From: Auanema rhodensis
Taxonomy: Eukaryota > Animalia > Nematoda
DNA: 64,000 nucleotides
Direction of reading: 5' to 3'
Assembly (NCBI GenBank): GCA_964057225.1
Contig: OZ059899.1
Coordinates: 7,130,001 to 7,194,000, forward strand
Part shown: in pieces, positions 25,963 to 45,149 of the stretch
Layout of the letters: each line of letters starts with the position of its first letter
Position numbering within the stretch: the first letter of the stretch is position 1
Program-made: the position numbers and the translations under genes
Notes under the pieces: model-generated
The model's database searches: none
What the model was told of the DNA's origin: nothing
What the model saw: only the letters and a program-made list of their open reading frames with translations

Positions 25963-27059
25963 TTTTGACTGAAAAATATAAACGATTTTGAAAATTAAAG
26001 AATGATATGAAAGAAAACGCATAAAAGAGTAAACTGATAGGACGATTCAATGCATCCCACTTTTATACTTTTAGGGGAGGATATGAAAACGTTTTACAAA
26101 TAAATATCAAATACGCTGCTCGACTACACATCAACTAAAATAGCAATGGCAAATAAACTAATGATATCATTTAGATTCTGGCGATTACGAAATCATCTCC
26201 GAACAGGCGGAAGTCCACGATACTTCAACATGTGCACGTATAGGTTCAACGATCACTCAAAGAGATTACTGCGATATTTTATTCGAAAGTTCAATAAAAC
26301 ATAAATGAATCATAATGCAACGTGTGAAACAATGATTACTTCTTTTTAGTCTTACAAAGAATTATTTTCGTTTGTAGACATTCGTGTCATTTTTAATGAT
26401 TTTATTTAAATCATCATTTCAAAACTGCTATCAAAGAAATAAAATTAATAAAGATAATAGTAGTCAATGATATATCAAAGAGCGGAGACGAATTCATGAT
26501 TGTTATTTGTCGCTATTATTATCTTTCCGGAAATTTTTAGTTTAATCGTTCGATTTCTTTTAAAGCCTACAATGGGATCATTCGATCTGAATGAAAGGTC
26601 TCAATCTAACGAATATCAGTAATGCAACGTAATCTTTCAATAGTTATTTCAAGAGAGATCATAGTGTTGTTTGATTTCAACTTTTTGTTAACTCTAATGA
26701 ATCATCATTTTCAATAAAGAAAATGAGGGAAAAAATTCATTCTAAACAATATTTAACGGAAAAGAAGTTTTGTAGAACTGTGAACGTGACAATTACATTT
26801 TAAAATGTCTTATTTATGTTATATTTGTATTCGGTACGTATGCACTCCGTTTGTCTCTTGGCCGATTGTTTGCATTGCAGATCACATCATATAGATCATT
26901 TTGTGATATTTGTTTTATTGTTTTCGAAAATTATTCAATCGTATTCCTTATTTTCGGTTAAAATTTAAACACGTGTTGTGGTCAAAGTTTTATTGAATAA
27001 TTACTTAATACGGATTAGCTCTGTACAATTCAATGCTTATTGATAACTTTTTGCTGGGC

Positions 27060-28007
27060 TTAGCAAAGTCCGCAGGTTCTAGCACAGTAGTTACGTTTCT
27101 GCTCTGGCTGGTAGAAATTGCTTTCACAGAAACCGTTTTGCTTCCAGTTAAGACAACTAAAGGTTTTTTTAATTAATAAAAAAGGTATTAGCTACATACT
27201 TAGTTCCGTGATCAATGCAGCCGGCCCTAGTGGTGGATGATCCGATTGAGGAGTCTAAAACAAATCATTTTTTAGAAGATCTTGAATAATGAGCTTTGAT
27301 TGCTTTGAACGTACTTGAGCAGAATCCACAGGTTTTTTTGCAGTTGTCCCTAACAAAATCTTGAAGATCGATGTTGCGACAGATGGTGATATCATTGGCA
27401 CATTCTACGACAGCATCAACACATCCTCCTTAAAAGTTGAAGTTTAATGGACTTATGGAAGTGTTATGAACCTTCCAAACAGAATCCACAAGCACTTGGA
27501 CATTCAGAAGCAATAATTTCACGCCATTTAGGATCTTTACATTGAGCAGGCTTAATAGTAGCACAGTTCATAGCTGGGACTGAAATATAAGATCTGCCTT
27601 CAAGACGCATGAGTTATGAAGAACTCACGTGGCTTATTGGCGCAAGCAAATTGTGGAGTTAAGCAGCAGTATCCGCAACTTTTAGGACAGATTGAAATCA
27701 TAGCTTGTTTTTGCTCTTCATTGGGGTTGTTAGCAACTGTTTTACAATTAGGAGCTCTATCATCTTCTTTGGTTCCAACTTTAATAGCTGGTGGAGTAAC
27801 TAGAAGAGTATCACACACGGCATCGGGAAGGACGTTATCGCATGCAACAGCTCCAGGTGCCCACTAAATTGAATATAATTTACAAAATCTATATTGAAGT
27901 ATTGTTTTTACATTTCCGTTAGCATCGGTACAGTTGAAATCACCGGCAATAGTAGTAGCAGAGCTGAGAGCGAAAGAAGAAAGTGCAACAATGAGAAAGA
28001 AGAACAT
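27060..28007 (-). CDS. Secreted ShKT (ShK toxin-like) multi-domain protein
   Basis: Signal peptide and repeated CPKSCGYC / CPSACGFC / CKKTCGFC / CARTCGLC motifs. Confidence 0.92.
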
Positions 28008-28543
28008 TCTGAATTAAAATAATTTTTAAAGTGAAATTAATGTTGCAAATGATAGTAGGAGAAGATGAACTGTGAAATGGCTTAACTGTTAGATCCTTAT
28101 ATATCATGGTGATTATAATAGCATTGTTTGATTAGACCTTAACGCATTGTCACCTGGCAACCTCTATTATGTTTCGTTCTGGAGCATACAGAAGAAGAAT
28201 TTCCTATTTAGACAGGCAATACTCGCTAATATAGACTTTGTCTTTGATTGTTAGCTAATTCCGCATATTTCAACAGCAAATTTTGATTCATTTATTTGGC
28301 TCCAAATACTATTGTAAACATGGGAACAAAGATAATTTATACATTTATACATATCCTTTCTCTTACTTTCGTTTTTGTCTCAATATATTAATCTAATTAT
28401 AATATGATATCATTAAAATTTTATTTAAAAATTTAAAAAAACATTCGTTATAAGATCACAATAAATAATCATACTTAAAGCTGTGTTATAGTTAACCAGA
28501 ACTAAGCTTTGAGAGTAGCGCACAAGTAATTTTTAAATGCTGC

Positions 28544-29875
28544 TTAGCGCTTCAGCATAGCTTCAATAGAATCTGCTATGATTTTTGGCTGATTTTTCTG
28601 AAGAAAATGACCTTCAGCGGGAAATCCGAGTGTGATCTGAAACAAATATCACATGATCCATAACAGAAATAGGTAATATACCGATTTTTGTCCTTGTTTG
28701 ATTAATGACATCGTCTCCTCATATGCTTCGTCGTAAGATTTAGAATGTTTTGTTTGACAAGTCTGAGAAACAAAAATAGTTCAAATCATATAATAATCTA
28801 CTCACCACTTCCACGTTCTCATGAAAAGCTTCGGCTAGCCCTTTCGTAACAGGAATTTCAATAAATAAATCTTTTCCACTATAGGCAATCATAACTTGAA
28901 CCTATAACAAGATAAAAGTAATTAATTCTATATGATATAAACAAGATTACGTTTTTCGCCAAATTAATACTTTCAATTTTTGGCAATAATCCATCCATTT
29001 CCAAATGTCTCATTGTTTTCATACAAGTAATAGCTATTTGACCACTGTCGACTCGTAATCCCAAAAAGCGGTAAACTGTAATATATATGTTGATGAATAT
29101 TGAATCCTATATGATAATTTACGTTTATAACAAGCAGTATGTATTATTCCCTGCAAAATAGTTCCCAAACTGTAAAGCCACAAAGTTAAACGAATAATCC
29201 AGAATGGGCGAAGTCCTCTGTGTAATCTTAAACCCGTAGGATTCAGAAGAACAAGACCCTTTAATATATCCTATAAATTAAATAATTATACAACTTTAGA
29301 ATATACAAAGACATACCGTCATGAGCGAAGCACTACCTGTTGCATTTTCACATCCTCTACTATGTCCAAGTATAACTACTTTTTCTTTTAAATTTAACTT
29401 AAGAATATTTTTTTATATTTAAAATATTACTTCCCAACCTTCTCAACTACAGATTTGACGTAATTATTTCTCTCAGTATTATCAAATTTCAGTAATAAAT
29501 GGCCTGAAATTCTTATATATATATATTTTTTTTATTTCTGTGCAGAAATATTCACCTTCTGTTAAACCATAAGCGGGAAAATTCACACCTATTACACGAA
29601 TTCCTTTTTCGTGGAGAAATGGTGTAACATATTTGAAATCTTTATGTGAGCCTGGTGCTCCATGTAATGCTACAACAGTTCCAACGTCCGAGCCACTGGG
29701 AAGAGTATCCTAAAATGGCTTACTTAGGTTTTCATATAGCCACTAGCAATACCTGAATGACTGAAGATACAGTGATAACTTCTCCAGATTTTAAAGGAAA
29801 TGTAATGTTTTCATTTCGAACTAACTGTTCAAGTTCTTTGCGCTGCAAAGCCGTCATGTGAAAACGACGAAAAGC
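28544..29875 (-). CDS. Alpha/beta hydrolase DUF1057 family, paralogue A (start uncertain; Met at 29857 possible)
   Basis: VALHGAPGSHKDFKYV, LGHSRGCENA nucleophile elbow, EGHFLQK. Confidence 0.88.
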
Positions 29876-30597
29876 CTGAAACAATTAAGAAAAATAAGAA
29901 AATAAATATAATATTTAAGAAAAGTTCCCATAGCTCATTAAGAGGAATCAAAAAAAACACGTAAATACTTATTTTGAATTAGCTAATTTATGGACAATTT
30001 GTTTTCAAAAGCTAAATCTGAATTGGTGTCGTCAAATAGATTTGGAAGAAAAGCACGAAAGACGACTTTGACCTCAATTACCCGACCTCGTTATGTACAC
30101 AGAATATGAAAAAGAGGAATCGCAGTGTACATTAGAATAGCTAAACAGTGTTTCTTATTTTTTCGTGAACAAATTGAATAAAAAAAGAAAATTGAAAACC
30201 TGTTGCTGAATTGTACAGCTCAACTTAGTCACAAATCGATATTCCTCTTTCACGTATGCTGAGCACAAAGATAATACAAATCTCATTATTGCTGAAATAA
30301 ATAATTTAGCATAAAACATATCTTTTAAAATAAATAATTAGCGATAAAAGTGCAAAAACGACCAATTATACACTTTAGATTGAGATAGCAAGTAAACAAT
30401 ATGATAATAAGAACATGATGAGTTGCTTTATTAAAAATTTATGATAACCAAAGTTAAACATATTTAGACATAAACATTAGTTTATTAGTATAAACTTAAA
30501 AAAGAATATATACACACGTTTTTGAAAATAATGATTCTATAGAGTTGAAAGAAAATTACACAGAAGGTTGATAACACTAAGGTCATCCTGTCCAAAA

Positions 30598-31831
30598 CTA
30601 TAAATTTGAAGGAACAGTATGATAGCGATTTTCAACCATGCTCTCGATCACTTCGACAACAAAATCAGCACGATTTTTTTGTAAAAAATGATCTTCTTTC
30701 TCGAAATAAGTAGCAAGTAAACGCTCTCCAGAGTTATAAAAATTAGTTGCTTCATCGATGACTCGTTGATTATCTTCTTTATCTCCAAGTGTCGGACAAT
30801 TCTATTCACAGTTTTAAATAATATTTTGAGAATTTAATACTTACTATTACTTTCATTGTTTCAAATGATTTAACATAGTCAAGTGAATGTTCCGGTTCAA
30901 TAAGAAAATCTTGCCCAGAAAAAGCATACATAACTTTAACTTTTTTATGATTTGAGATCTTCTTAATATAAGGTAACTGCTTGTCAAAATCAAAGGTTAG
31001 AATTTGAGCTAAAGCATTGGCTGCAACCCTCCCATTAGGCACTCGTAGACCAATTCTATTATAAACTTAAATAGAACAACATTAGCTGTAATAATGAGCA
31101 AAGTGTACCTATTTCTAAGAATTTAAATATAAAGGGAAATTTAATTTTTGTCAAAAATATGAGAGACTTATAAATCCCAACAAAGCGTGCACCTCTATGT
31201 CTCCAAAGCCCTACACTATTAAGCATAACAGCGCCTATTGCTTCATCCTTAAATATATTTAAACGACTGATTTGAAAAGTTAAAAAGGTTTTCATACAAC
31301 ATTATCGGCTGTTAATTCCAGAGCATTTTCACCTCCACGAGAATGTCCGAGAAAAATAACATTCTTATTCTTCGTTAATTCCAATTTATTTATAATAGCT
31401 TGCGCATAATTGTTTCTCTCATCATTTGTGGAAGTTAGCCGACCAGGAGCTGCAAATGTAGAAACGGTAAAAGAGATACAACAGCACTTCCTTTACATTC
31501 CGTAACTCCAATTCCTGGATAATTAATGCAAACCATTCGAATTCCTCTTTTTTGTAACTGAGGGGTTATATACTTGAAATCCTTATGAGATCCAGGAGCT
31601 CCATGTTGGGCAAAAACAATTGCACGGGATTTGTTCGCTGGGTCCGTATCCTGTAGAGTATATATAGAGGAAACTTTAGATTTTTCAAACCTGATATACA
31701 GCATTCACACTAATTTGCTCCTTATACCCGTTCACAAATTTCACAGGAATAGAGTACAACATGTTTTCACTGTCCACTATCTGCGTTGATATGAAGCGTT
31801 TTTGAATTGAAGATAGTCCTAATCGAATCAT
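30598..31831 (-). CDS. Alpha/beta hydrolase DUF1057 family, paralogue B
   Basis: QHGAPGSHKDFKYI, LGHSRGGENA, EDHFLQK. Confidence 0.9.
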
Positions 31832-31966
31832 GCTAAATTAAAATTTTATAATTTAAATAAAGTTAAAGTCAAATATAAAAAATGCAAAAAGGTAAAATGA
31901 TTAAACATTATTTGTAATCTATCATTATAATACTTCACAAAAAGTTTATACAATTCAATTAACAAT

Positions 31967-33248
31967 TCAACATTTTTGGAATATTTTTTCTACACTATTA
32001 CATATGAGAGATGCTTTTGTCTTTTGAAGATAATGTCCTTCTTCAGGAAAATAAACCGATAAGCCCTGGCAAAAAAATCATAAAACGGAGGTGAAATTGA
32101 GACTATACCTCTTCTGACGAAGAAAACTTCTCACATATCTTTTCATCTGTTTGAGTATCATCATAAGTCTGAAACAATATAGGAATATTAAAACATTGTT
32201 CTAGCTTACAATCTTTGGTAATCCAAGTTGTTCAGAAAATTCAGCCAGAATTTCAGGCTCGATAATCCAATCTTTTCCAGAATATAGAAACAATGTTTTT
32301 ATCTAAAATATCATAATATACATATGTTGAATTTAAGTTAGTCACTTGGCTTGTTTTCCACTTCGGTATATATTTTGCTTGTTCTCCTAATGCCATTGTG
32401 TTTAAGCTTTTAACACTGTTAGCTGCAACCGCTGGATTTGAAGTTTTCAAACCAGCAATTTTATAGACTTGAAAACTTTGATTTATTTTAGATTTACTTA
32501 AATGGTTTTACGTGTTCTAATCAAAACGCCTACCAATGGTTGAATAGGTTTCATATCATATAAACGTTCCAATAGTATAAATGCCCAACGAGGACGAATA
32601 CCTTTATGAGCTCGAAGTCCTGTTGGGTTCACTAGCAATAAACCCTTTGCCTAAACAACGTTTTAGTACAAGTTTTATGCTAAATTACAAAACCTTTCTA
32701 TCTATACTTAGCATTAGAGCATTTTCACTACCCCTGCTATGTCCCATGAATATGATCTAAATTAAACTTTATACACTATAAAACGAAAACTGTTACCTTA
32801 TCTTTAAGCTCCAGCTTGTTTAATAATTCATTGAAGAGGTTATTACGTTCAACATTATCAAAATGTATGCCTTTTGGCTCTAAATCAAATGGTATATTTT
32901 AAATAATTGCAAGGAAATCTAAATACCGTTCGTAATACCAAATCCAGGATAGTTTATGCTTATCAAACGAATGTTTCGCTGCTCCAACGTTGGCCTAATA
33001 TACTTAAAATCTTTGTGTGAACCTGGAACTCCATGTAGAGCTACCACTGTACCAACAGGTGAACCTTGCGGGTGTGTATCCTGTATAATTAGAATAATAC
33101 CAAAATATTATGAACTTACTTCATATAAAACATCAACATCAATTAGAATACCATGCTTATTAGCAAAATTCAAATGTTTTGTGAATAAAGCTGCAGAAGA
33201 AAATGGAGAAATTTGAAAAAACAGGCTTTTGGAAAATCTGAGAGCCAT
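31967..33248 (-). CDS. Alpha/beta hydrolase DUF1057 family, paralogue C
   Basis: LHGVPGSHKDFKYI, MGHSRGSENA, EGHYLQK. Confidence 0.9.
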
Positions 33249-33539
33249 CTGCTTTTTATTTGAGTGTACTTTGGACTTTGTAACTATGTAGCGTCAGAAT
33301 ATAACACCTTTGTACTATGGGTTCAGTACTCATATATAAGAAATATATACTAACAATCTTTATGAACATGGTTCTAATATTTGAAGCCACAGGGAATAGG
33401 AGATCATAGTAAAGATCAATATGATTGAAAATATGTTAAAATCACTTAAAATATTACAATAAATTATTTCCATTCGTTAAACGTAATTAATAATTTTAGA
33501 AAAAACAGTAACAGTAGATTATGCTAAAAGTAATGTTGA

Positions 33540-35440
<1,901 letters not shown>

Positions 35441-35749
35441 ACAAATACCTGGATTTGGTAAAAATTATTAATAATAAATAACTTTCAACAATTTTAAATA
35501 AAACGATTAACTAATTAGAAATACATAACTTTGCTTATTATATAAGCTATATAATATACTTTATATCCACACCATATAGATAGCATTAAAGGTCTTCTCA
35601 ATTTTGAAAAATGGTCTCGCCACGACCTACTCTCTGACACGTCAAAATTTTATGCTTCTATGATAAGGTCTGTACTGGTAGCAAGATTTTTTCAATAGTT
35701 TTTTTGTAATTAAAGAAATTTATTCAATATTTTAATAATTTAAGGTAAC
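35441..35749. promoter_or_regulatory. Compact bidirectional promoter between sel-12 and ostd-1
   Basis: Divergent ATGs about 310 bp apart, AT-rich flanks and a central GC-rich element GGTCTCGCCACGA at 35613-35625. Confidence 0.65.
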
Positions 35750-38413
<2,664 letters not shown>

Positions 38414-38683
38414 ACGTCTTTTGTACGACCTCAGGCATTTTGATACTAGGTCACATCACTCATTACGAGGGTTGTTATTTATTTTAGTTAAAATTGCCTT
38501 CACATCGTTCTAGTGATATTGCTTCCGGGCCTATTTATTTTTTTTCGTTCTCTTCTGTTATCATCGGGATCATCATTGTTGTATTTTATTTATTTCACGT
38601 GTCCACCCCACGGTTTTTACACTTAAATGAACTTTACTAAGTTTGCTGTTCTCGTTAGTTTTAATTCATACGTTTTAAAAAAT

Positions 38684-38786
38684 AATAAACATCAAGTTAT
38701 GTAAGCGCAGTTTCATTAAAGTTATTAGTGTTCTATCACTTGGATATCTTGTTTTCTTGAAGCACTAACAACCACAATAAATATAG
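38684..38786 (+). promoter_or_regulatory. Operon intercistronic region (ostd-1 to mrpl-28) with Ur-like element
   Basis: AATAAA at 38684, short hairpin AGTG-ttctat-CACT then TATCTT (UAYYUU) at 38745-38750, and an AG acceptor directly before the ATG about 100 bp after the poly(A) signal. Confidence 0.7.
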
Positions 38787-40100
38787 ATGTCTTTGGCTAA
38801 AAACCTGAAAGCTATAACATCCTTGGGACCTCGACCTATTGTTACTTGGGATAAAGTGATTTCTTTTTTTTTTTCATTAGTTCTTATTATATATTAGGCG
38901 GAACGAATCAGGCGACATGAAGAAATTTGGGGGAATCCCGAATCAATTGTTCATCGTCTTCCCGAGCATTATAAGAAAAGATATTGGGACAATTTGCTGA
39001 GGGATGCTGTTCCTGTTCATTACAGGTAAATAGGATTTCAACTAAAAAAAAGAAAAGAAAAATGATCAGAATACAAACAGAATGAAATTTTCTTTGTTTA
39101 ATTTTAGATCGCCTGCTTCTCGTTATACTTGGGATCCTAAAAGAAATGTTCAGGTTGAAATCGAAGAATATCCCATCATAGGTTTTAGTTTTTTGTAAAA
39201 CTTATTCATGGGTATACGTTATTTCTCAGGCTTATGTCCTCCTGAAGCCGATAAAGGGTTATGGGGAGGAGAAGGAATCGTGAAAGGTTGGATCGAGTCT
39301 CGTCCTTATACAAAGAAGAAGGTTCTTCCAAGGTATTATTCTACTAGAGTGAATTGTTGAATATTTATCTATCTAGGTACTGGGTACCTCGATTGTTTTT
39401 CCCCTATTTGAAGAAAGCCGTTTTTTACTCTGAAATACTTGAGCAATATTTACAGGTTACAATATATTAAAAAAAAATCATTTGTTAAACATGATTTTGT
39501 TTTCAGATTACTGTTACAGAAAGAGCTTGTCGTCTTATCGATGAAGCTAATGGATTAGATTATTATATTCTCGAAACTCCTGAGATTGATCTCAAATCTA
39601 AGTTGGGAAATAAGTATGTTTCTTTCTTCTATGTTTTGCTACAAGATTTTCCCTTTCAGGTTAAAACAAGAAATGCTCGTTCGCCTTGCTCGTGGTGATT
39701 ACTACCCTGACGATGAAGAAAAGAAGAACTACATCAAAGAGAAGTGAGTAATTTATTGTTTTCCTATCATGTTTCGAATTAGATACGCTAAATACGTGGT
39801 ACCTTACGAGGAAGCAGAATGGGTTGGCCTGGACTTGAATGAAGCCGCTCGGAAACAACAACTATATGAGGAAAGTATTCAACCTGAGCCACTTAAATTC
39901 AAGTAAATTTAATTTAAAATGATTCTGTTTACGTCTTAAACTCTCTTAGGTATGAACGTGAATTGGTTGATAAGTTGAAACAAGGATTGGACATCTCCAC
40001 CAACGAGGAACAATTTGTACCGAAAACCGAAGAGTCTAAATTCGGAGAACGATTATTAGGAAAATACATGAATCCATTAGCCAAAAAGTTCAAAAATTAG
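38787..40100 (+). CDS. mrpl-28: Mitochondrial ribosomal protein L28
   Basis: [67 protein letters not shown]. Confidence 0.93.
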
Positions 40101-40183
40101 TTTTGTGTCTAATTTCTCTATTGTTTTTTGTATATAATAGTTTAGCTAGGTTGTTTGTTATCTATGTTTGTTACAGCCTACCC

Positions 40184-40293
40184 AATAAATGTTGGCAATT
40201 TTATATCAAATACTTTATCTTTACGGGAGTTATTCCAATGATATATTTTAATTTTTGTTGATATATTCTATTTTATCGGTGTTTTTTTTAAAG
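40184..40293 (+). promoter_or_regulatory. Operon intercistronic region (mrpl-28 to acs-11)
   Basis: AATAAA at 40184, UAYYUU matches at 40211 and 40216, TTTTAAAG acceptor ending at 40293. Confidence 0.65.
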
Positions 40294-40294
40294 T

Positions 40295-42296
40295 ATGCTG
40301 TCCCGGTACAGTAGGCCCTTCGCAAACAGCATTAGGGGAATAGCTTCGCGTGATGAAAATCTTACAGTTCGAGCTCGAATGCATTTGAACCCTGGAAAGG
40401 TTTTCTTATTAGCATTACTTATCTCATTTTTGTACTAAAGGTAGCATTCATTGAAGACACTAGGACATATACTTATGGTGATTTTTTGAATCGTGCTGGT
40501 CAATATGTTAGCATACTAAACTCTAAATATGGGATTGGAGTAAGGAAACTAATTTAAATTTTAATTATTGAAATAAAATGTTTAGAAAGGTGATCGAGTT
40601 ATCTCAAGGACTACGAAGTCTATAGATTCTGTAGCTTTGTATATCGCTTGCCTTCGTTTGGGAGCGATATATATTCCTGTTAATCCTTCTTATACTAGAA
40701 ATGAAACTGCTCATTACATTAGTGTTTGTTTTATTAAACTATTTAAAACTTGATTTTTGCTCCTGCAGGATTCAACTCCAAAGTTAATGGTAACATGTGA
40801 TGAGGCTACTGATTTAATTTTCCGGGATAGAATTAAACATGTTGTTAGGGAACAAATTTTATCCAAAGAAACAAAAAAAGTAATTTCTGTTTGCTTATCC
40901 AAAAAATAATGCGTTTCAATTAAGATTAAACCAGAGCTTGAGGTTGAAAACGTTGAAAGTTCAGATGTCGCTTGTGTTTGTTATACTTCAGGAACAACTG
41001 GTTATTATAGCTTTCATTCATTCATTATATAAAACGTTAAGCTAATTTCAGGATTGCCCAAAGGAGCAATGCTTACTCACGGATCATTGTCTGCCAATGC
41101 TGAAGCTCTCGTTGATATGTGGAGGTTTACTCACGATGACAAGTATATTTATCTTTGAGTAGAGACTATTTCTTATTTATTAAGATTACTTCATACTTTA
41201 CCTTTCTATCATGTACATGGAATGTTCATTTCTTTGAATTGTTCATTTTTCTCTCATTCGAGTGTTATTTGGAGAGATAGATTTAATGTTGATGATGCTT
41301 TGAAATGGATGCCACATAGTACTGTCTTCATGGGTGTTCCTACTTATTATACGTTAGTTTATTATCATTTTAAGTATGCAATTTTGCTTTTAGACGATGT
41401 CTGAGTCATCCTCTTTTTACAACTTCGGCGTATCGTTCCATCAGATTGTTTGTATCTGGTAGTGCTCCTTTGTCTTTACCTGTGTGGGAACAATTTAGAG
41501 ATACAACAGGCCATACAATTCTCGAACGTTACGGAATGACTGAAGGCATTCATATCATCATGTATCTTATTAATTTAGTTTTGATTTATAGCTCAAGTTA
41601 TCTGCTCAAACTCTTATGATATCAAGTACCGAAAGCCCGGTTCTGTGGGAAGAGCTTTAAGAGGAACAAAGCTTCGTATTAACAGTACCGGAGGTATTGA
41701 AATTCAATCTGATTCCTTGTTTGCTGGATACTGGAAAAACCCGGAAAGAACTAAAAAAGAATTTACGGAAGATGGGTATTTTATAACTGGTGATGTAGGT
41801 GAAATGGATAAAGAAGGTAAAACTTTTCAGAAAAAAAATGTGAATTTTTATGATTCAGGTTTTATAAAAATTTTGGGAAGAGGTAAAGATTTGGTGATCA
41901 CGGGAGGATTAAACGTCTATCCAAAAGAACTCGAGGATGCCATTGATAAGATGGAAGAAGTTTCAGAAAATGCCATTATTGGTAAAATAGTTTTCATATA
42001 ATAAATTGTATATAAATCGTTATTCTAGGAGTGCCACATAAAGAGTTTGGCGAAGCTGTTGTAGCTGTAGTTGTTCCAAAGAAATCTATAGATCAGGAGG
42101 CGTTTTCAAATAAAATTCTGAGCCATTTGCGCGAGCAGTTCTCTGGCTACAAGGTAAGAGTAAAGTGCAATTTATTTATAATTTTTTTTAAAATTAGGTA
42201 CCAAAAAAGATTGTTTATTTGCAAAGTTTGCCCAGAAACTCGATGGCTAAGGTTCAGAAAAATGTACTTCGAGAACAGTTTAAAGAATCATTTTAA
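40295..42296 (+). CDS. acs-11: Malonyl-CoA synthetase (MatB/ACSF3-like acyl-CoA synthetase), predicted mitochondrial
   Basis: [52 protein letters not shown]; Arg-rich N-terminus. The family call is firm; the symbol is less so. Confidence 0.85.
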
Positions 42297-45107
42297 TGCT
42301 TCAAAGTTTAAAAAAGGATAGTTTTCAGAATAGCATGGTAATCGCATAAAACATAATAGTTTTATGCTGGCCTAGTTTAGCTAGAAAAAGTACTTTAGTT
42401 TGAGGCTGCGATTTAGGAATATATTTACAGTGTCATAGGATTCATATACCACTTTACAAGTATAATTTTAATAAATACTGTGTATTATATAATATTCTTT
42501 TTTAATAAAAATTCGTAGACAGTGTTTTTTTATTTTGTTTAGATAGAGAAAATTATGTTAAATCAACTTTGAGCATTTAGTCAAGGGACTTCTGCTGTTT
42601 TGAAAGTTTCCTAAAACAACAATGACATGACAGCCAAATATCATTACTTATTATTTTCTCTTGTATAATTCATATAGTTTACATGGCCATTTTTTAAGTT
42701 ATCTAAGGATTCTATAGTTATTTTGCTGGTTGCTGAGGTAATGTGACTTGTTAAGATCAGTTATTATTAAATTAATGTATCTGTATTTAATTACCTCACC
42801 ACTCATATTCAAAAGCTAGTAGAATTATATAGAAATAGTGTTTAAGAGTATTTGAAAAGATTGCCAATGAATTCTTGTTTCTAGCTTGAAGATAAAAAAA
42901 ATCAATTACAGGTTCTCTTTCACATGATACACAAAATGAAAGACGCTCTTCGAACATCAGAAGCGAAACATAGCTATATACTTTGAGGTAGTTTCGGTCT
43001 AGGACTTTTTTGGTGCATGACTAGTTTCTGCTGACGTTGTTCTCATTTTTCAATCATTCGTAAGATTAAACCATTTTCTTCAGATGTCCTTCATTTGTTC
43101 ATTAATTCAAAAATATTTGTTTTAATATCAGAAAACTGTATATTATTCGTAGTTAGTAGTAACATTATTTATTGTTTTTTTCCAGGATTTTCTTCGAAGA
43201 ACCAAAAGACTGCAGAACACCAGGTCAGATTCTTATCTTCATCTCTTTTGCCTGTGGATAGTTGTGTTCGTTCATTTGGTCTATGACGATGACGTTTGCC
43301 TCATCTTGGAGGACAGTCATCTTTTTGTCATTACGTCCTATCTGTTTTCTATATTCCGTTTTTATGTTTTTTTTCTGATATTAGAACATTTCATTCTAAA
43401 CGTTGAATACTATTTAACGTTAACTTTTCTGTTCGTCGTAAATTGCTTTAAGTTTATTTTTCCTTTGATAAGAGCCTAGAAACGTTTTCATTTCCGTAAT
43501 AGTTTAATACTTTGTTTTCGTACTCTTGTTGATATAACTCATTTACCTAGGCTTAATTGATATGAATCCTAGATGTTTTGTCTTGTATACTAATATAACT
43601 TGATGAAAAGAAAACAGTTTTCACCGTACATATAGTGTACCAGGCGTTTGTTTGGCGTAAGTTTTTCTCTCATCTTTGCTTCTATCTTATTTAAAATCCC
43701 GCCGTAACTGCGTTCACAAAAACGTTTAATACTACTAGCTGTCCTCACGTTTCTGGTATACAATTAAACGGAACGAATTGTTTGTTTCGTGAAATATTTT
43801 TCTTTCTTGAAGCTTCATCATTGTTTGTCATCATCACTTAAGGAATTGATTTATTTCTTCATAACTGTTTTGTTTCATTCATATTCATGTTAACAATTCT
43901 TAATTAAGATCAATTTGTTCCAATTAAAAAAAATTTTTTTTTGATCTCAGCTTAAAAAAATTATGAGATTTCTGAGACGGCTGTATCCGTGATTAAAAAC
44001 ACCTTGTCATATAATATTTGTCCGAAGGTTGCCATTCAATAGCTAGCTAGCTGTTTGCAATTTAACAGTCTATGAACTCAATTGCAATCCTCAATAAGTA
44101 TCTGATAGATACAAGTTTTCTTTAATGCTTTTGATTTTGAAAGATGTCTTTAGCTTTTACATAACGTCACTAATCATCTTATACATACATATATGTATGT
44201 ATATATAAATATATACTATACATATCTGTTATGGACTTCGATAATGTTGACTCATCATCGCGTATAGTTTCTCATCGTTCTGTCATTTTCTTCTGTATGC
44301 TTCTATACTGATATTTCTACCTTGTTTTATATCAAATACTAATTTCTTTCTAGATACATATGTCCATATATGATGTTTAATATTTTGGTTTTGGTATAGT
44401 TTACTAGTGATAGTTACTTCCCCGTGGGTGATAATTAAAAATACATAGTAAATGGCAATACAACTTCTTTACCACTTTTGAAAACACGTTTTTTTGTGTT
44501 CTTCATCTCGAGGTCGTCTTTGATGATGATGCTGCTGCTGAGTTAACCCTAGGCCCAGTCCAGGTTCTATAGGCAGCGCCATCTTCATAGTTGTCCCCAT
44601 GAAGATCAGTTCGTCTATTGAAACAGGAATAGTTACGTTAACACCCGAAATGGCAATTAGTTATTTGCCGCCCAGTTTTAGAATTTTTTTTGTCTTTGCC
44701 CTATGTTTCTCGTGCATCGTTTCCGTTTTACCTATATAATATAATTTCTATTGGTAAATTGACATTTAAACTTTGCAACAAATATTTAATCGAAGTAAAT
44801 TTGAAAGTGTTTTACATTTTGAGGTTTGCTCTCATTTTCTTTTGCATACAGAACTTGTTTAGAGAAAAAAAATGAGCATAGTTAGAGGTACGAGAATTGG
44901 TGATTGTGCGTGTAGCAGGAGGTGTGTTTACCGGCCACTCATCAGTGTAGATAGCAGCCGGCTTCTATGTTTCTCCTTACTCTCTCTACTCTCTCTTTCT
45001 CTCTTTGTTAGTATTCAATCTTTTTTTTTAAATCTGTGTTGTTGGTAATATTTTTTTGAGGGTTTTTGTGAGTTTTATTTCAAATTTTCCTGAACATTAT
45101 TTTCAGG

Positions 45108-45111
45108 AACG

Positions 45112-45149
<38 letters not shown>

